This document shows positions 37,118 through 50,462 of a stretch of DNA of 64,000 bases, piece after piece. Position 1 is the first letter of the stretch, and the number at the start of each line of letters is the position of its first letter. The notes under the pieces are model-generated. The model was given only the letters and a program-made list of their open reading frames with translations, had not been told where the DNA came from and ran no database searches. A program made the position numbers and the translations under genes. Source of the DNA: Mobula hypostoma (lineage: Eukaryota); the NCBI RefSeq assembly GCF_963921235.1, contig NC_086097.1:10974001-11038000 (forward strand), read 5' to 3'.

Positions 37118-38572
37118 AGGTAATGAACCAGGTCAGGTCACAGATCTCTCAGTGGATGAGCATCTGGGGGACAGTGACCACTGCTCCCTGGCCTTTAGCA
37201 TTATCATGGAAAAGGATAGAATCAGAGAGGACAGGAAAATCTTTAATTGGAGAAGGGCAAATTATGAGGCTGTAAGGCAAGAACTTGTGGGTGTGAATTG
37301 GGATGATGTTTTTGCAGGGAAATCTACTATGGACATGTGATCAATGTTTAGGGATCTCTTGCAGGATGTTAGGGATAAATTTGTCCCGGTGAGGAAGATA
37401 AAGAATGGTAGGGTGAAGGAACTATGGGTGACAAGTGAGGTGGAAAATCCAGTCAGGTGGAAGAAGGCAGCATACATGAGGTTTAGGAAGCAAGGATCAG
37501 ATGGGTCTATTGAGGAATATAGGGTAGCAAGAAGGAGCTTAGGAAGGGGCTGAGGAGAGCAAGTAGGAGGCATGAGAAGACCTTGGCCAGTAGGGTAAAG
37601 GAAAACACCAAGGCATTCTTCAATTATGTGAAGAACAAAAGGATGACAGGAGTGAATGTAGGACCGATTAGAGATAAAGGTGGGAAGATGTGCCTGGAGG
37701 CTGTGAAAGTGAGCGAGGTCCTCAATGAATACTTCTCTTTGGTATTCACCAATGAGAGGGAACTTGATGATGGTGAGGACAATATGAGTGAGGTTGATGT
37801 TCTGGAGCATGTTGATATTAAGGGAGAGGAGGTGTTGGAGTTGTTAAAATACGTTAGGATGGATAAGTCCCCGGGGCCTGATGGAATATTTCCCCGGATG
37901 CTCCACGAGGCGAGAGAAGAGATTGCTGAGCCTCTGGCTAGGATCTTTATGCCCTCATTGTCCATGGGAATGGTACCAGAGGATTGGAGAGAGGCGAATG
38001 TTGTCCCCTTGTTCAAAAAAGGTAGTAGGGATAGTCCAGGTAATTATAGGCAGGCCAGTGAGCCTTACGTCTGTGGTGAGAAAGCTGTTGGAAAAGATTC
38101 TTAGAGATAGGATCTATGGACATTTAGAGAATCATGGTCTGATCAGGGACAGTCAGCATGGCTTTGTGAAGGACAGATCGTGTCTAACAAGCCTGATAGA
38201 GTTCTTTGAGGAGGGGACCAGGCATATAGATGAGGATAGTGCAGTGGATGTGATCTATATGGATTTTAGTAAGGCATTTGACAAGGTTCCACACGGTAGG
38301 CTTATTCAGAAAGTCAGAAGGCATGGGATCCAGAGAGATTTGGCCGGGTGGATTCAGAATTGGCTTGCCTACAGAAGGCAGAGGGTTGCGGTGGAGGGAG
38401 TACATTCGGATTGGAGGGTTGTGACTAGCGCTGTCCTACAAGGATCAGTTCTGGGACCTCTACTTTTCATGATTTTTATTAAGGACCTGGATATGGGGGT
38501 AGAAGGGTGGGTTGGCAAGTTTGCAGATGACACAAAGGTTGGGGGTGTTCTGGATAGTGTAGAGGATTGTCG
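37118..38572 (+). mobile_element. CR1 ORF2 internal fragment (end of endonuclease to RT), disrupted
   Basis: EHLGDSDHC, DKSPGPDGIFPR, YMDFSKAFDKVPH and KFADD motifs. Confidence 0.9.
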
Positions 38573-39544
38573 AACAAAAGAACAAATTGCACAAATGGCA
38601 AAAAAAGCAAGAGAAAAACACAAAGAATATTAAACATCTAATGACAGAGTCCTTGGAACAGACTAGGAATGTTCAGTAACAGTTTCCTCTGCATTTTTCT
38701 GGACATTTCTTGGTTTCAGTGAGGACTATCACATGACTTAAATCTGGCTATCTGATTGGTTAATGTTATTCATGGAATTTAACATTATCAGTGGTCTGCT
38801 ACAAGAAAACTGGACCATCTTTGTTCACTCTCTTTTTCCTAGGCACTTTTCCGCCTGCTCTTTTTTGTTCTCCCTCCTCATCTTGCTTCTCCCTTTTTCT
38901 TCTTTGTTCTTCTAACACTTAATAAATTTTATGCCTCAATCTTAACTTCCAACGAACCTTTGGATCACAAAAGCATCAGGATCCAATAGGATGTTGCCTC
39001 ATTTAATGTTGTATCTTCCAAAGTATTAAGAAATTACTTTGGTGAATTAATTGCAACGTTATTGACCCCTTGGTGTTAATATTCAACATTACCATATTCT
39101 GAGTTTCCATAAGATTAACTTAACTATCTCAACCACAAGCCATGCACAAAATGTATTCAAACCATTTCTTCAAATGCTAATATGTGCTGTATAAAATTGC
39201 ATTGTGTGAACAGATATGTCAAATTTAAGGCTGAATAACTTCTTAAAGGGTAAATTTAAATATTAGTTTTGAAGTATCTCAGGCTGTTCTATGGAAATTA
39301 GCGGAAAATGTATCTACATGCCAGTGATGCCGTGGTGAATAAAGAATTTTCCCCTCTGGAGTTTAGTTACAAGTTGACTCTTCCCATATTTGGTGGGCTG
39401 CAATCATCATGAGAAGTCATTCATTGGTGAAGCAGCGCAAGACTGAAGAAGAGCTCAGTAACTTTTCTTCACGGTGAATGAAAGGCCAGGCATTCTACTT
39501 CCATATCTTGCGAGGAAAACCCTATGGTTTGAGGTATAACAAGT

Positions 39545-40925
39545 GTAGGCAGGATGGTAGTTAAGGCTCCTCCTGTGAGATTTGAGATTTCAGGGTTCAT
39601 CTGCAGGGAGTGTAACCACCATCAACTCCTGACTGATGAGGTCGAGGAACTGGAGTTGGAGCTGGATGTCTTCAGGATTATCCGGGAGGCTGAAAACCTC
39701 ATAGTTAAGACTTTTACTGAGGTGGTCACACCCGGAGTGTGGGCTTCAGATAGGAGATGAGTGACCACCAGGAGGAGAAAGGGGAGTAAGCAGTCAGTGC
39801 AGCGTTCCTCTGTGACCATTCCCTCAGCAACAAGTATACTATACCCCTCTGGATACTACTGTGGGAGTGGGAGGAGGACCTATCAGGGCACAACAGTAGC
39901 AGCTAGGCCAGTGGCACTCTGAGGCTCAACAGCGAAGGGTTGTCAGGAAGAGAGATAGTAAATTGGAGACTCAATGGTCAGGGGGACGAACATGAGATTA
40001 TGTGGCCCTGAAAGAAACACCAGTATAGCGTGTTACCTCCCAGGTGCTAGGGTTTCTCAGAGCAGCTGCAGAAGGTTCTCAAGAGGGGAGTTGGGCAGGC
40101 AGAGGTCATGGTGCATATTGGAACTGATGACATTGGTAGAAAGAGAGGAGATCTTGCAAAAGGAGCATAGGGAGCTAGGGTAGAGGGTGAAAAGCAAGAC
40201 CTCCAAGGTACTAATCTCTGGGTTACTCCCAGTACCACATGCTAGTCAAGGCGGGAATAGGATGATAGTATAAGTGAATGAGTGGCTGAGGGAGTGATGC
40301 AGGGAGCAAAATTTCAGAAATCTGGATCATTGAGATCTCTTCTGGGGAAGGTGTGACTTGTACAAAAAGGATAGGTTACACCTGAACCCAAGGGGGACCA
40401 ACATCCTTGTAGGTAAGTTTACCGGAGCAGTTGGGGAGGTGACTAAACTAATTTGGCAGGGGGATAGAAACTAGAGTGTTAGGGCTGAGAATGGGGCAGT
40501 TGGTATGCAAGCCAAGACATTTTGTAGTGAGACTGTGAGGAAGGACTGGTAGATGATAGGGCAAAATTGCAGTCAGTGGCTTGAGGTGAAGTGTAACATG
40601 GGGGCAAAATCAAAAAGGGTGAGTAATATAGGTGTGAAGGTGCTACATTTGAATACAGCGCACTTTAGAGATTGGCAGGTATGACAGTGTAGACATCATT
40701 GAGTCATGGCTGAAGCAGATCATAGATGGGAACTTATCATCCAAGGATACACCTTGTATTGAAAGGACAGTCAGGTAGGCAGAGTGGGTGGCAAAAATGG
40801 TAAAAACTGAAATCAGATCCTTAGAAAGAGGTAACATAGGATCATGTTGTTAGAGTTAAGAAACTGCAAGGTTAAAAAGACCCTGATGGGGTTATATACA
40901 GGCCTCTGAACTGTAGCCAGGATAA
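39545..40925 (+). mobile_element. Decayed CR1 5' part: ORF1 (Zn-finger/coiled coil, SGNH esterase) and start of ORF2
   Basis: FICRECNHHQLLTDEVEELELELD, IGDSMVRG, VHIGTDD and DRLHLNPRG remnants. Confidence 0.8.
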
Positions 40926-41974
40926 GTAAAATGTATTAGTTTCCTGATAGTTAGAGGACTAAAAGAATATATAGACTAATGGTAAGTGGACATCTGCCCA
41001 ATTGCTACCAAAGCTCCTTGGACAGAAAATCCATCAAGCTGTGGAAGGCCGGCTGATGAGAAACTTACTATATGTAGAGGAGATTCACCAGAATAGATCT
41101 CCTGAGTGAGAGGACTCTAGATATAAGGAGGGTTTGGAGAGGCTGGACTTTTTTTGTTTGGAGCAAAGAGGTTCAGGGGTGAACTGATAGAAAATACAAC
41201 ATTATGAGTGGCACAGATATCAAAATCAGAATCAGATTCAATATCACTGGATACATTGTGAAATTTGTTTTGATGCAGCGGTACAATGCCATATATAATA
41301 ATAAAAACATATATATTACAATAAGAAATATATTTTAATATTAAATTAAATAAGCAGTGCAAAAAGAGAACAAAAAAAGAAAAAATAGTGAAGTATTGTA
41401 TCATAAACAACAGAAAGTCTGCTGATGCTGGAAATCCAAAGCAATACACAGAAAATATCGGAGGAACTCCTGGAAATAAGCAACACAATTAAAAGTTCAA
41501 AGTTCAAAGCAAATTTATTATCGAAGTACATATATGTCATCATATACAACCCTGAGATTCATTTTCTTGTGGGCATACTCAATAAATCTATAGAAAATAA
41601 CCACAACGGAATCCGTGAAATACCACGCAACTTGGGCATTCACCCAGAGAGCAGAAGACAACAAGCTATGCAGACAGAAAGATGTGCTCAAGGGTGGGTG
41701 GGAGGGGCAAATTCTTTACCTTTGATGGAATGGGCCCTATCTACTACTATTAGCAATGACCAGTGCCTGTAATTGAAATGATAGGCTTAAATTCAGCCTT
41801 TGCATCTAGTTTTTAAGTGATCAAATTTTTGATACTCCAGTATAAGCAGATGTTTAAGGTCAATTGTCAATAAATGCTAAAATTTGAAAGCGGAATGAAA
41901 TGTAATGAAACAGGTTAAAATGCTTTAATCTGCAATGAACAATGACAGAAAAAGGGCACATGGAGAGTCATCAA

Positions 41975-42110
41975 ATCACAAACAAGAAAAAATCTGCAGT
42001 TGCTGGAAATCCAAGTAACACACCCAAGGTGCTGGAGGAACTCAGCAGGCCAGGCAGCATCTATGGAAAAGAGTGCAGTCGACGTTTCAGGCCGAGGCTT
42101 TTCGGCAGGA
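41975..42110 (-). mobile_element. Solo Penelope-like terminal repeat with a mutated hammerhead (42078-42110)
   Basis: Reverse complement TCCTGCCGAAAAGCCTCGGCCTGAAACGTCGAC. Confidence 0.75.
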
Positions 42111-43094
42111 GAGTAAAGTGACTTTGATCACGGCTGTCAGTGGTCAATCGAGAATGAACGATGACAGCTTTGGAAACATGGCGTGTTCAAAGTTCAGTGT
42201 AAATTTATTATCAAAGTATATAATGTCACATATATTATCTTGAGATTCATTTTCTTACAGGCATTCACAGTAGAGCAGTGAAATAAAATAGAATCAATGA
42301 AAAACTACTCACAAACAAAGTCTGATTCAGCAAGAGGAGAACATGGCTTGGATAGTGGAGGGCCTTGGTGATGGATAACAGTTTCCTGTGGCAGATGTGT
42401 TAAATGATGGGGAACACTTTTTCTGTGATAGACTCGGCTGTATCCACTACTTGCTGTAGGCTTTTTCATTCTTGGGCACTGGGGGCGTTTTCACCAGTCC
42501 ATGATGAAACTAGCCAGAATACTCTCCACAGTGCATCTAAAGATTTGTGTAACTATTGCAAGGACAAGTAATTGTTACTTACAGTATGTAGCTTGAATAT
42601 ACAGCTGGTGAAATGACATTTCATAGCTCTTAGTGTACGCATAAAGGATGAGAGGCAAACAGCTGAAAATAGGATTTATTCCTGTACATTTATGCATCTG
42701 TTAATTGTGCATTCCATACTTGCTGTCTGGAACATGACGTGGCATTGAATCATTTTATATCAGACTGAGCCTGAAATTAAAAAAAGACCTACTATTATTT
42801 TTATTTCATTTGCAGAGACAGAATAATTTTTGTTAACAATGTGCTCTGCTTTCCATTATATTCTGCAATTCCACAATTAGGTAGTTGGCCATTAATACAG
42901 TAATATCTCATTCGACAGGCCAGTTCTGGAGGTTAAACATGTCATTAATTTCCAATAATCACTTTACTCATTGCATCCAATCAATGTTACTTCATACTGC
43001 TGTCTATACATCATCTTTACCATTCAACCTGTGTTACCACTTTCAGAGCAGAATGGGCTCGGACTCCAAGATCAATGCTGTTAAGGGTCCTACC

Positions 43095-43303
43095 ATAAGC
43101 AGCTGGAGTGTATCACAAGTCCTGGTTATGTGACCACTGACACCAATATCTGAAGAGTATTGACAACGGCTGGGGTCATCCGTCTTGTAAAGACACTGCC
43201 CAGTAGAAGGCAAAGGCAAACCGCTTGTGTAGAAAAATGTTTCCAAGAACAATCATGGTCATGGATAGACTATGATCACCCACAACATGGCACATAATGA
43301 TGA
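43095..43303 (+). mobile_element. RTE-related family A, 3' half
   Basis: Matches 4150-4360; ends in ATGATGAT. Confidence 0.7.
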
Positions 43304-43418
43304 TTACCATTAACTGCATGCTTTCCCTTTTACCCCCCCAAAGCGCAATGCCTCAGACTTTCCCAGATTAAACTGCATCTGCAATTTCTCGATTCATAAC
43401 TACAGGATATCAGATCTA

Positions 43419-43650
43419 CACTCAGTGGTCACTATATTAGGTACATCTCTACACATGATTATTTAATCAGCCAATCATGTGGCAGCAGTTCAACGCATAA
43501 AAGCACGCAATCAAGAGGTTCAGTCGTTGTTCAGAGCAACATCAGAATGGGGAAGAAATGCGATATAAGTGAGTTTGTGGAATGATTGTTGGTGATTTGA
43601 ATATCTCAGAAACTATTGATCTCCTGGTATTTTCACACACAACAGTCTCG
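43419..43650 (+). mobile_element. Tc1-like transposon 5' end
   Basis: TA-CACTCAGTGGTCACTATATTAGGTACA TIR; transposase start MGKKCDISEF...ISETIDLLVFSHTTVS. Confidence 0.7.
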
Positions 43651-45962
43651 TGGACGAACTCGCAATTAGAGATTGATTGGTATGATGTTGTGGGCATCAG
43701 TCATGGCTGAAAGAAGGCTATAGCTGGGAGCTTAACGTCAAATGATATACTTTGTATTGGAAAGACAGGCAAGAAGGCATAGCTGGTGGTGTGGCTCTGT
43801 TGATAAAAGATGGAATTTTATCCTTAGAAAGTGGTGACATAGGGTCAGAGAATGTTGTGCGCAGAGTTAAGAAATTGCAAGGATAAACAAAAACATTATG
43901 GGAATCGTATATAGGCCTCCAAATAGTAGCCAAGATGTGGGGTTGAGATTGCAAAAGGAGCTGGAAAAGTTATGTAATAAGGGTAATGACACAATTGTAA
44001 CGGGGGATTTCAATATACAAGGTGATTGGGAAAATCAGATTGGTGTTGGATTGCAAGAAAGGGAATTTATTGAATGTTATGAGATGGCTCTTTGAGCAGC
44101 TTGTGCTTGTACTCGAGGAAAGGCTATTTTAGACTGGGTGTTGTGTTACAACCCAGATCTTATTAGGATGCTTAACGTAAAGGAATCCTTAGGAGGCAGT
44201 GATCATAATATGATTGAATTTATACTGCCATTTGAAGGAGAGAAACGTAAGTCACATGTATCTGTATTGCAATGGAATAAAAGGAATTACAGATGCAGAA
44301 GAGAGGAATTTGCCCAGGTGGATTTGGAGGAGGATATTGGTGAGGATGACGGCACAGTAGAGATGGCTGAAGTTTCTGGGAATAGTCCACAAGGTGCAGG
44401 ACAGATATGTCCTACAGAGGAAGAAGTTCTCATATGGCAGGGCTAGGTAACCGTGGCTGTCAAGGGAAGTTAAGGACTGCATAAAAGCCAAGGACAGGGC
44501 ATATAATGTAGCAAAAGTGAGTGGGAAGTTGAATGATTGGGAAGCTTTTAAAATACAACAAAAGGCAACTAAGAAATCTATAAGAAGGGAAACGATGAAA
44601 TATGAGGACAGACTAGCCAACAATATAAAACAGGAAACCAAAAGTGTGTTTAGTTATTTTAGAGTAAAAGGAAGGTGAAAGTTAATATTGGACCACTGGA
44701 AAATGATGCTGGTGAGGTAGTAATGGGAGACAAAGAAATGGCAGGTGAATTTACTGGGTACTTTGCAGCTGTCTTCACTGTGAAAGACACTAGCAGTGTG
44801 CCAGAGGTCCGTGAGTGTCAGGAAGCAGGAATGCCATTGATATTACAAAGGGAAAAGTGTCAGGCAACTCAAAGGTCTTAAGGTGGATAAGTCACCTGGG
44901 CCAGATGGACTACATCCCAGAGGTTGCTGAGATACCAGATCTATTGAAGAATCACTTGATCCTGGCATGGGTCTGGAGGATTCGAAGACTGCAAATGTCA
45001 CTCCACTCTTTAAAAAGAGAGGAAGGCAAATGAACGGAAATTATAGGCCAGTTAACCTAACCTCAGTGGTTCAGAAAGTGTTGGAGTTAATTATTAAGGA
45101 TGAAGTTTTGAGGTACTTGGAGACTAATGATAGAATAAACCAAAGTCAACATAGTTTCTCTTAAGAGAAATATTGCCTGACAAATCCGTTAGAGTTCTTC
45201 AAGTAAGTAAAAAGTAGGGTGGACAAAGGAGAGGAAGTAGATGTCATTTACTTGGATTTTTAGAAGGCGCTTGATATGGTGCCACACATGAGGCTGCTTA
45301 ACAGGATAAAATCCTGTGGCATTACAGGAAAGATACTGACATGGATAGCGGAATGACTGACAGGTAGAAGGCAGCAAATGGGAATAGAAGGGGCCTTTTC
45401 TGGTTGGCTGCCAGTGACTAGTGGTGTTCTTCAGAGGTCAATACTGGGACTGCTACTTTTCATATTGTTTGTCAATGATTTAGATAACGGAATTGATGGA
45501 TTTCTGGCAAAGTATGCAGATGATATAAAGATAGGTGGAGAGATAGGGTATGCTGAGGAAGCAACACGATTGCAGCAGGACAGACAAATTAGAAGAATGG
45601 GCAAAAACGTGGCAGATTGAGTACAGTGTTGGGAAATATATGATAATGCATTTTGGCAAAAGGAACAATAGTGCAGACTATTATCTAAATGGGGAGAAAG
45701 TTCAAACATCAGAGATGCAGAAGGAATTAGAAATTTTCGTGCATGACTCTAGGAAGGTTAATTCAAAGGTTGAGCCTCTGGTAAAGAAAACAAATGCAAT
45801 GATGGCATTTATTTCAAGGGGATAGAATATAAAAACAAGGAGATAATGCTGAAGCTTTAAAAGACACTAGTAAGGCTGCACTTGGAGTATTGTCAACAAC
45901 TTTAGGCTCCTTATCTCAGAAACTAAGTATTGTCATTGGAGAGAGTCCAAAGGAGGTTCAAA
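43650..45962 (+). mobile_element. Decayed CR1 ORF2 (endonuclease and RT)
   Basis: GIVYRPPNS, GDFNI, LGGSDHNMIEF, NYRPVNLTS and KYADD motifs with many stops and frameshifts. Confidence 0.88.
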
Positions 45963-45967
45963 GAAAG

Positions 45968-46340
45968 ATAGAAAACCTACAGCACAATACAGGCCTTTCA
46001 GCCCACAAGGCTGTGCTGAACATGCCCTTACCTTAGAAATTACCAAAGGTTACCCATAGCCCTCTATTTTTCTGAGATCCATGTACCTGTCAGGAGTCTC
46101 TAAAAGACCCTATCTTATCCGCCTCCACCACCGTCGCCGGCAGCCCATTCCATATAGTCACCACTCTCTGAGTCAAAAAACTTACCCCTGACATCTCCTC
46201 TGTACCTACTTCTAAGCACCTTAAAACTGTGCCCTCTCGTGTTAGCCATTTCAGCCCCGGGAAAAAGCCTCTGACTATCCACATGATCAATGCCTCTCAT
46301 CATCTTATACACCTCTATCAGGTCACTTCTCATCCTCTGC
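45968..46340 (-). mobile_element. CR1 3' fragment
   Basis: RMRSDLIEVYKMMRGIDHVDSQRLFP (ORF 46115..46384). Confidence 0.85.
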
Positions 46341-46622
46341 GCAAAATGGCAATAAAAAAAGGAGTAACCAGAAACCAGAAACACATATTACATAGCCGTC
46401 TAAAAACGTGAAATAGATTATTCTGTAATTAATAAGACTTCACCATTCTCTCTCAGATGGTATCCTCCATTCTCTCCACTGTATTGCAGATTCCCCTTCT
46501 ATCCATTCTGCCCCTTCTCCACAAGTTAAAACATTCTTAATTTCTAAGTTTGTTGAAAAGTCATTACAATAAACACTTACTTTGTTTCTCCTCCAAACAA
46601 AACCTGACATGTTGAATATTTA

Positions 46623-46861
46623 AGCAACACACATCAAAGTTGCTGGTGAACGCAGCAGGCCAAGCAGCATCTGTAGGAAGAGGTGCAGTCGACGTTTCAG
46701 GCCGAGACCCTTCGTCAGGACTTCGTTATTCCTGACGAAGGGTTTCGGCCTAAAACGTCGACTGCATCTCTTCCTACAGATGCTGCCTGGCCTGCTGCGT
46801 TCACCAGCAACTTTGATGTGTGTTGCTTGAATTTCCAGCATCTGCAGAATTCCTGTTGTTT
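46623..46861. mobile_element. Penelope-derived fold-back mini-element (head-to-head hammerhead arms)
   Basis: ~98 bp near-perfect arms 46623-46720 and 46730-46827 with a 9 nt spacer; 14 bp TSD ATGTTGAATATTTA at 46609-46622 and 46862-46875. Confidence 0.93.
46688..46721 (-). ncRNA. Minimal type I hammerhead ribozyme motif (core intact, GUC triplet)
   Basis: Reverse complement GTC-CTGACGA-AGGGTCTCGGCCT-GAAA-CG-TC-GAC. Confidence 0.8.
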
Positions 46862-48242
46862 ATGTTGAATATTTATATCTTTCTCTGCTTGTATTCCCAA
46901 TTTCCAACAGTTTCAGTTTGATGTTAGGCATTGTTTATTTAAAAATAAAAGTTACTAAACCTTAAAGGCATAGGAACAGAATTAGTCCATTTGACCCATT
47001 GAGTCTGCTCCACCATTTCATCATGGCTGACTTATTACTCATCTCAACCCAATTTTCTTGCCTTCTCCCATAACCTTTGTTGTCCAGACTTTTCAAGAAC
47101 CAATCAACTTCTGCTTTAAATATACTCAATGACTTGCCCTCTGGGTTAAGTATCAACTATGCCACTCAGCTATGCGTTCCCACATGGGAGGAGTTCTCAT
47201 ACTGTACAAGCAAGGTCGTCAATAAAGCTCAGTTGAAAATCCTGCTTGTTATGTCCTGGCGTGTTCTGCACGATCCCTCAATAACTAATACCACACCCTC
47301 CACAGCCATCTGTGGCAAAAAATCCATTGATTCACCACTCCCTAGTTTAGGAAATTCCTCTGCACCACTGTTCTAAAAGGACATCCTTGTATTCTGAGTC
47401 TGTGCCGTCTAGTCCTTGACTCCCCCACTATAGGAAACATCTTTCTCACTTCCACTCTATTTCAGCCATTCAATACTCAATGGGTTTCAATGAGATCCCT
47501 CCCTCATTCTTCTAAACTCTAGTGAGTGCAGGCAAAACAAGAAGAGTGCAGCATAATTATAAAGAAAGATTGCATAGTGACGTAGCTAGTGGAGATGCTG
47601 CTTTACAGCTCCTGTGGTACCGGCTTGTTCGTGACCTCTAGTACTGTTCGTGTGATGTTTACACCTCCTCCCAGTAAGCATCTACTCCTCTAATGATGGT
47701 TGCATTTCCGCCCACGTCACAAAGACACGGAGTGTGTATTAGAATCTGAGGTTGGTGATGAGAATATAATGGGATTGGTATAGCACATTCAGCTTAGAAA
47801 CAGGCCACCTGGCCCACAATGTCTCAGCTGAACATGGTGCCGAATTAAATTCCATCTCTTCTGCATGTTCATGATCTATTTTTTCCCATTGCCTGCATAT
47901 TCATGTGTCTATCTAATAGCCTGCAGGAGCTACATTGGACATTGAGAAAAATATAACACATTGTACAAATAAAACATGGGTTTATTCTATGGCAAATATT
48001 CCCAAGAAGATCAAATGATCTTCTAAAGTCTGAAACAACACTTAGGGCTCAGGATCAGAATCAGAAACAGGTTTAATGTCATTGTCATATGTCGTGAAAT
48101 CTGTTGTCTGGCCGCAGCAATACATTGCAATGCATAATAAAGTAAACTATAAATTATAGTAAGAAATATATAGAACATTTAAATTAAAAATGTAATGCAA
48201 ATGAGAACAGAAAAGGAAAGAAAAATTTAGTGAAGTAATGTA

Positions 48243-48466
48243 AACACGAGGAATTCTGCAGATGCTGGAAATTCAAGCAACACACATCAAAGTTGCTGGT
48301 GAATGCAGCAGGCCAGGCAGCATCTCTAGGAAGAGGTACAGTCGACGTTTCAGGCCGAGACCCTTCGTCAGGATCTGACGAAGGGTCTCGGCCTCGGCCT
48401 GAAACGTCAACTGTACCTCTTCCTGGAGATGCTGCCTGGCCTGCTGCATTCACCAGCAACTTTGAT
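48243..48466. mobile_element. Penelope-derived fold-back mini-element (head-to-head hammerhead arms)
   Basis: Arms meet at CGTCAG-GAT-CTGACG (48366-48380); 13 bp TSD GTGAAGTAATGTA at 48230-48242 and 48467-48479. Confidence 0.93.
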
Positions 48467-50462
48467 GTGAAGTAATGTACTTTGGTTTATTGTCCATTCT
48501 ATGAACAATGAACCCATGTATACTACCACACTACTTTTATCATTAGAAATTTGACTGTGGAAGGGAAGAAGCTATTCCTGAGTTATAGTGTGTGCCTTTA
48601 GGATCTTGTACCTCCTCCACAATGGTAATAATGAAAAGAGTGCATGTTCTGTGTGATGGCGATCCTTAATGATGGATGCCCCCTTTTGCATTAGACAGTA
48701 AGGGAGAAAATTTTTCAAGCAAAGTGCACCTCAGATTATTTGGTTCACAGCAGAGCGTGAAGCCATGTTAGGCATCAGGGTCAGCTCTGTTATACAAAGG
48801 TGAATGTATAAAATATACAGCTTGAGATTTGTTTGCTTAACAGCAGTCGCAAAGCAAGGAACCTGAAAGAACCCAATTAGAAAAAAAGGATAAACCCTGA
48901 GTGCCCAGAGAGAAAGAGAAAAAAAACCAAAAGAAATTATGCAAACAATAGAAGCAAGCAAAAGCAACAGAAATCTGAACTAACATATGTCCTTAGATCC
49001 AAATCCTCAAAACCGGATCCCGGAGTAGGCCCAAAGCCTCGGTATTCAGTTCATCATATTAGTGGGGCAAATCGCTGCAAAGTTCGCAGATACGAAGCAC
49101 AGCAGCCAGGGGCAGTCTCACCATCTTAGCGTCACGGAAGGAGGAGCTCCCAGACTATCTGGGCCAGTGTTTAAATTGTCTGAACCTTGCGCTAGGAACT
49201 GGATTCAGTCGTACAGAATCACTCTGGGACTAGATTTCACTGCTGGAGAGTCAGGTCGGATCAGTACTTAGAGCGATCCAACTTCGCCCGACTCTTGACA
49301 TGTAACATGTTAGCATGGTAAATGAAAACAGATTTATGTATTCAGGCCTGTCTCAGTGTGTATAATGATGCTTTGATTTAGTAAATCAACATGTAGTACT
49401 GTGCAAAAGTCCAAGACACATATACATAACTAGGGTACCTAAGACTTAAGGTAGTCTTACAGTATTTAGTCATTTTATGTATTGCACTGTACTGCTGCCA
49501 CAAAAAAAAAACAAATTTCATGACATATGTGAGTGACAATAAACCTGATTTTGATATGAGTCTCTATTATGGACTGAGAGTGGGAAGGGGGCAGGGAGAG
49601 GGAGTCATGGTTAGGAAAAGGAAAAAGGACAGGGGAGGGAGTGTGAAGCATCAGAGGGACATTCTGTAATGATCAATAAACCAAGTGTTTGGAAACAAAC
49701 GACCTTGCCTGCTGTCTCAGAGCTGGGTGTGTCTGCACCCAAGCAACCTCCTGCCCAGGGCACTCCACTCCTGTCCCACACTCCTCCCATAATGCTCCAT
49801 CCTCTAAAGACCCAACATCCTTTACTCCTACCAGATTTACAAACTCGCTCTTCATTCTCTGTTGACAAATACAATACTCTGCAAATGCTTTAGGAACCCT
49901 AGCTATATACTGGCTTAAGATTTTTAACAGTACTGTAGAATATTGGAGAGTCTGCTTCAACACATAAAACACCGGAGGAGGTCACTGGGGTTTCAGATGA
50001 AGCATCTCAGCTTCAAATGTTGACTGCCCATTTCCCTCGGCAGATACTGCCTGTTACACTAAGTTCTTCCAACATTTTCTGTGTTGTTTCACACCGAACA
50101 TTATTGAATGACTGGAAGGTAACAGAATATATCACATTGTAAGAAAGAAAGTTGATTAGATTTTATACACTATAGGCATGCAAAGAATAGCTTCCATTTC
50201 TGGCAGTATATCCTATTACACAACATATTGTATAGGATTATTGATATCGTAAATAATAATATATACTATTAGACCTATGATCCATAGCTGATTATCTAAT
50301 AATAATCTAATCAGGAGTAATATCGCCAGCACTTTGTTGTTTTGTGGCAGCAGTCCCATTCAATACAGGAGAATAATAAAATAAAAATTACAATTCGAAT
50401 ATATAATAGATTCTACTGTGTTTCTTTGTTTTGTGGCTGCCTGTAAGCAGACAAATCTCAAG

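Noticed and set aside
42560..43040. Repeat-free AT-rich stretch that might be a conserved non-coding element
   Set aside because: Cannot be supported without cross-species alignment.
46623..46861. Fold-back units as DNA-transposon MITEs or pre-miRNAs
   Set aside because: The arms are the Penelope terminal repeat, are unequal in length and have 13-14 bp TSDs; no transposase-type termini.
46620..48475. Repeated short ORFs such as MLVNAAGQAASLGRGTVDVSGRDPSSG on both strands (also 20807-21316 and 31243-31718)
   Set aside because: They are translations of the non-coding Penelope terminal repeat; they recur because of repeat copies and palindromes, not because of a gene family.
49394..49937. Tc1-like TIR remnants (AGTACTGTGCAAAAGT ... 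CAGTACTGTA) related to 7960-8467
   Set aside because: Too decayed and mixed with other repeats to define an element reliably.
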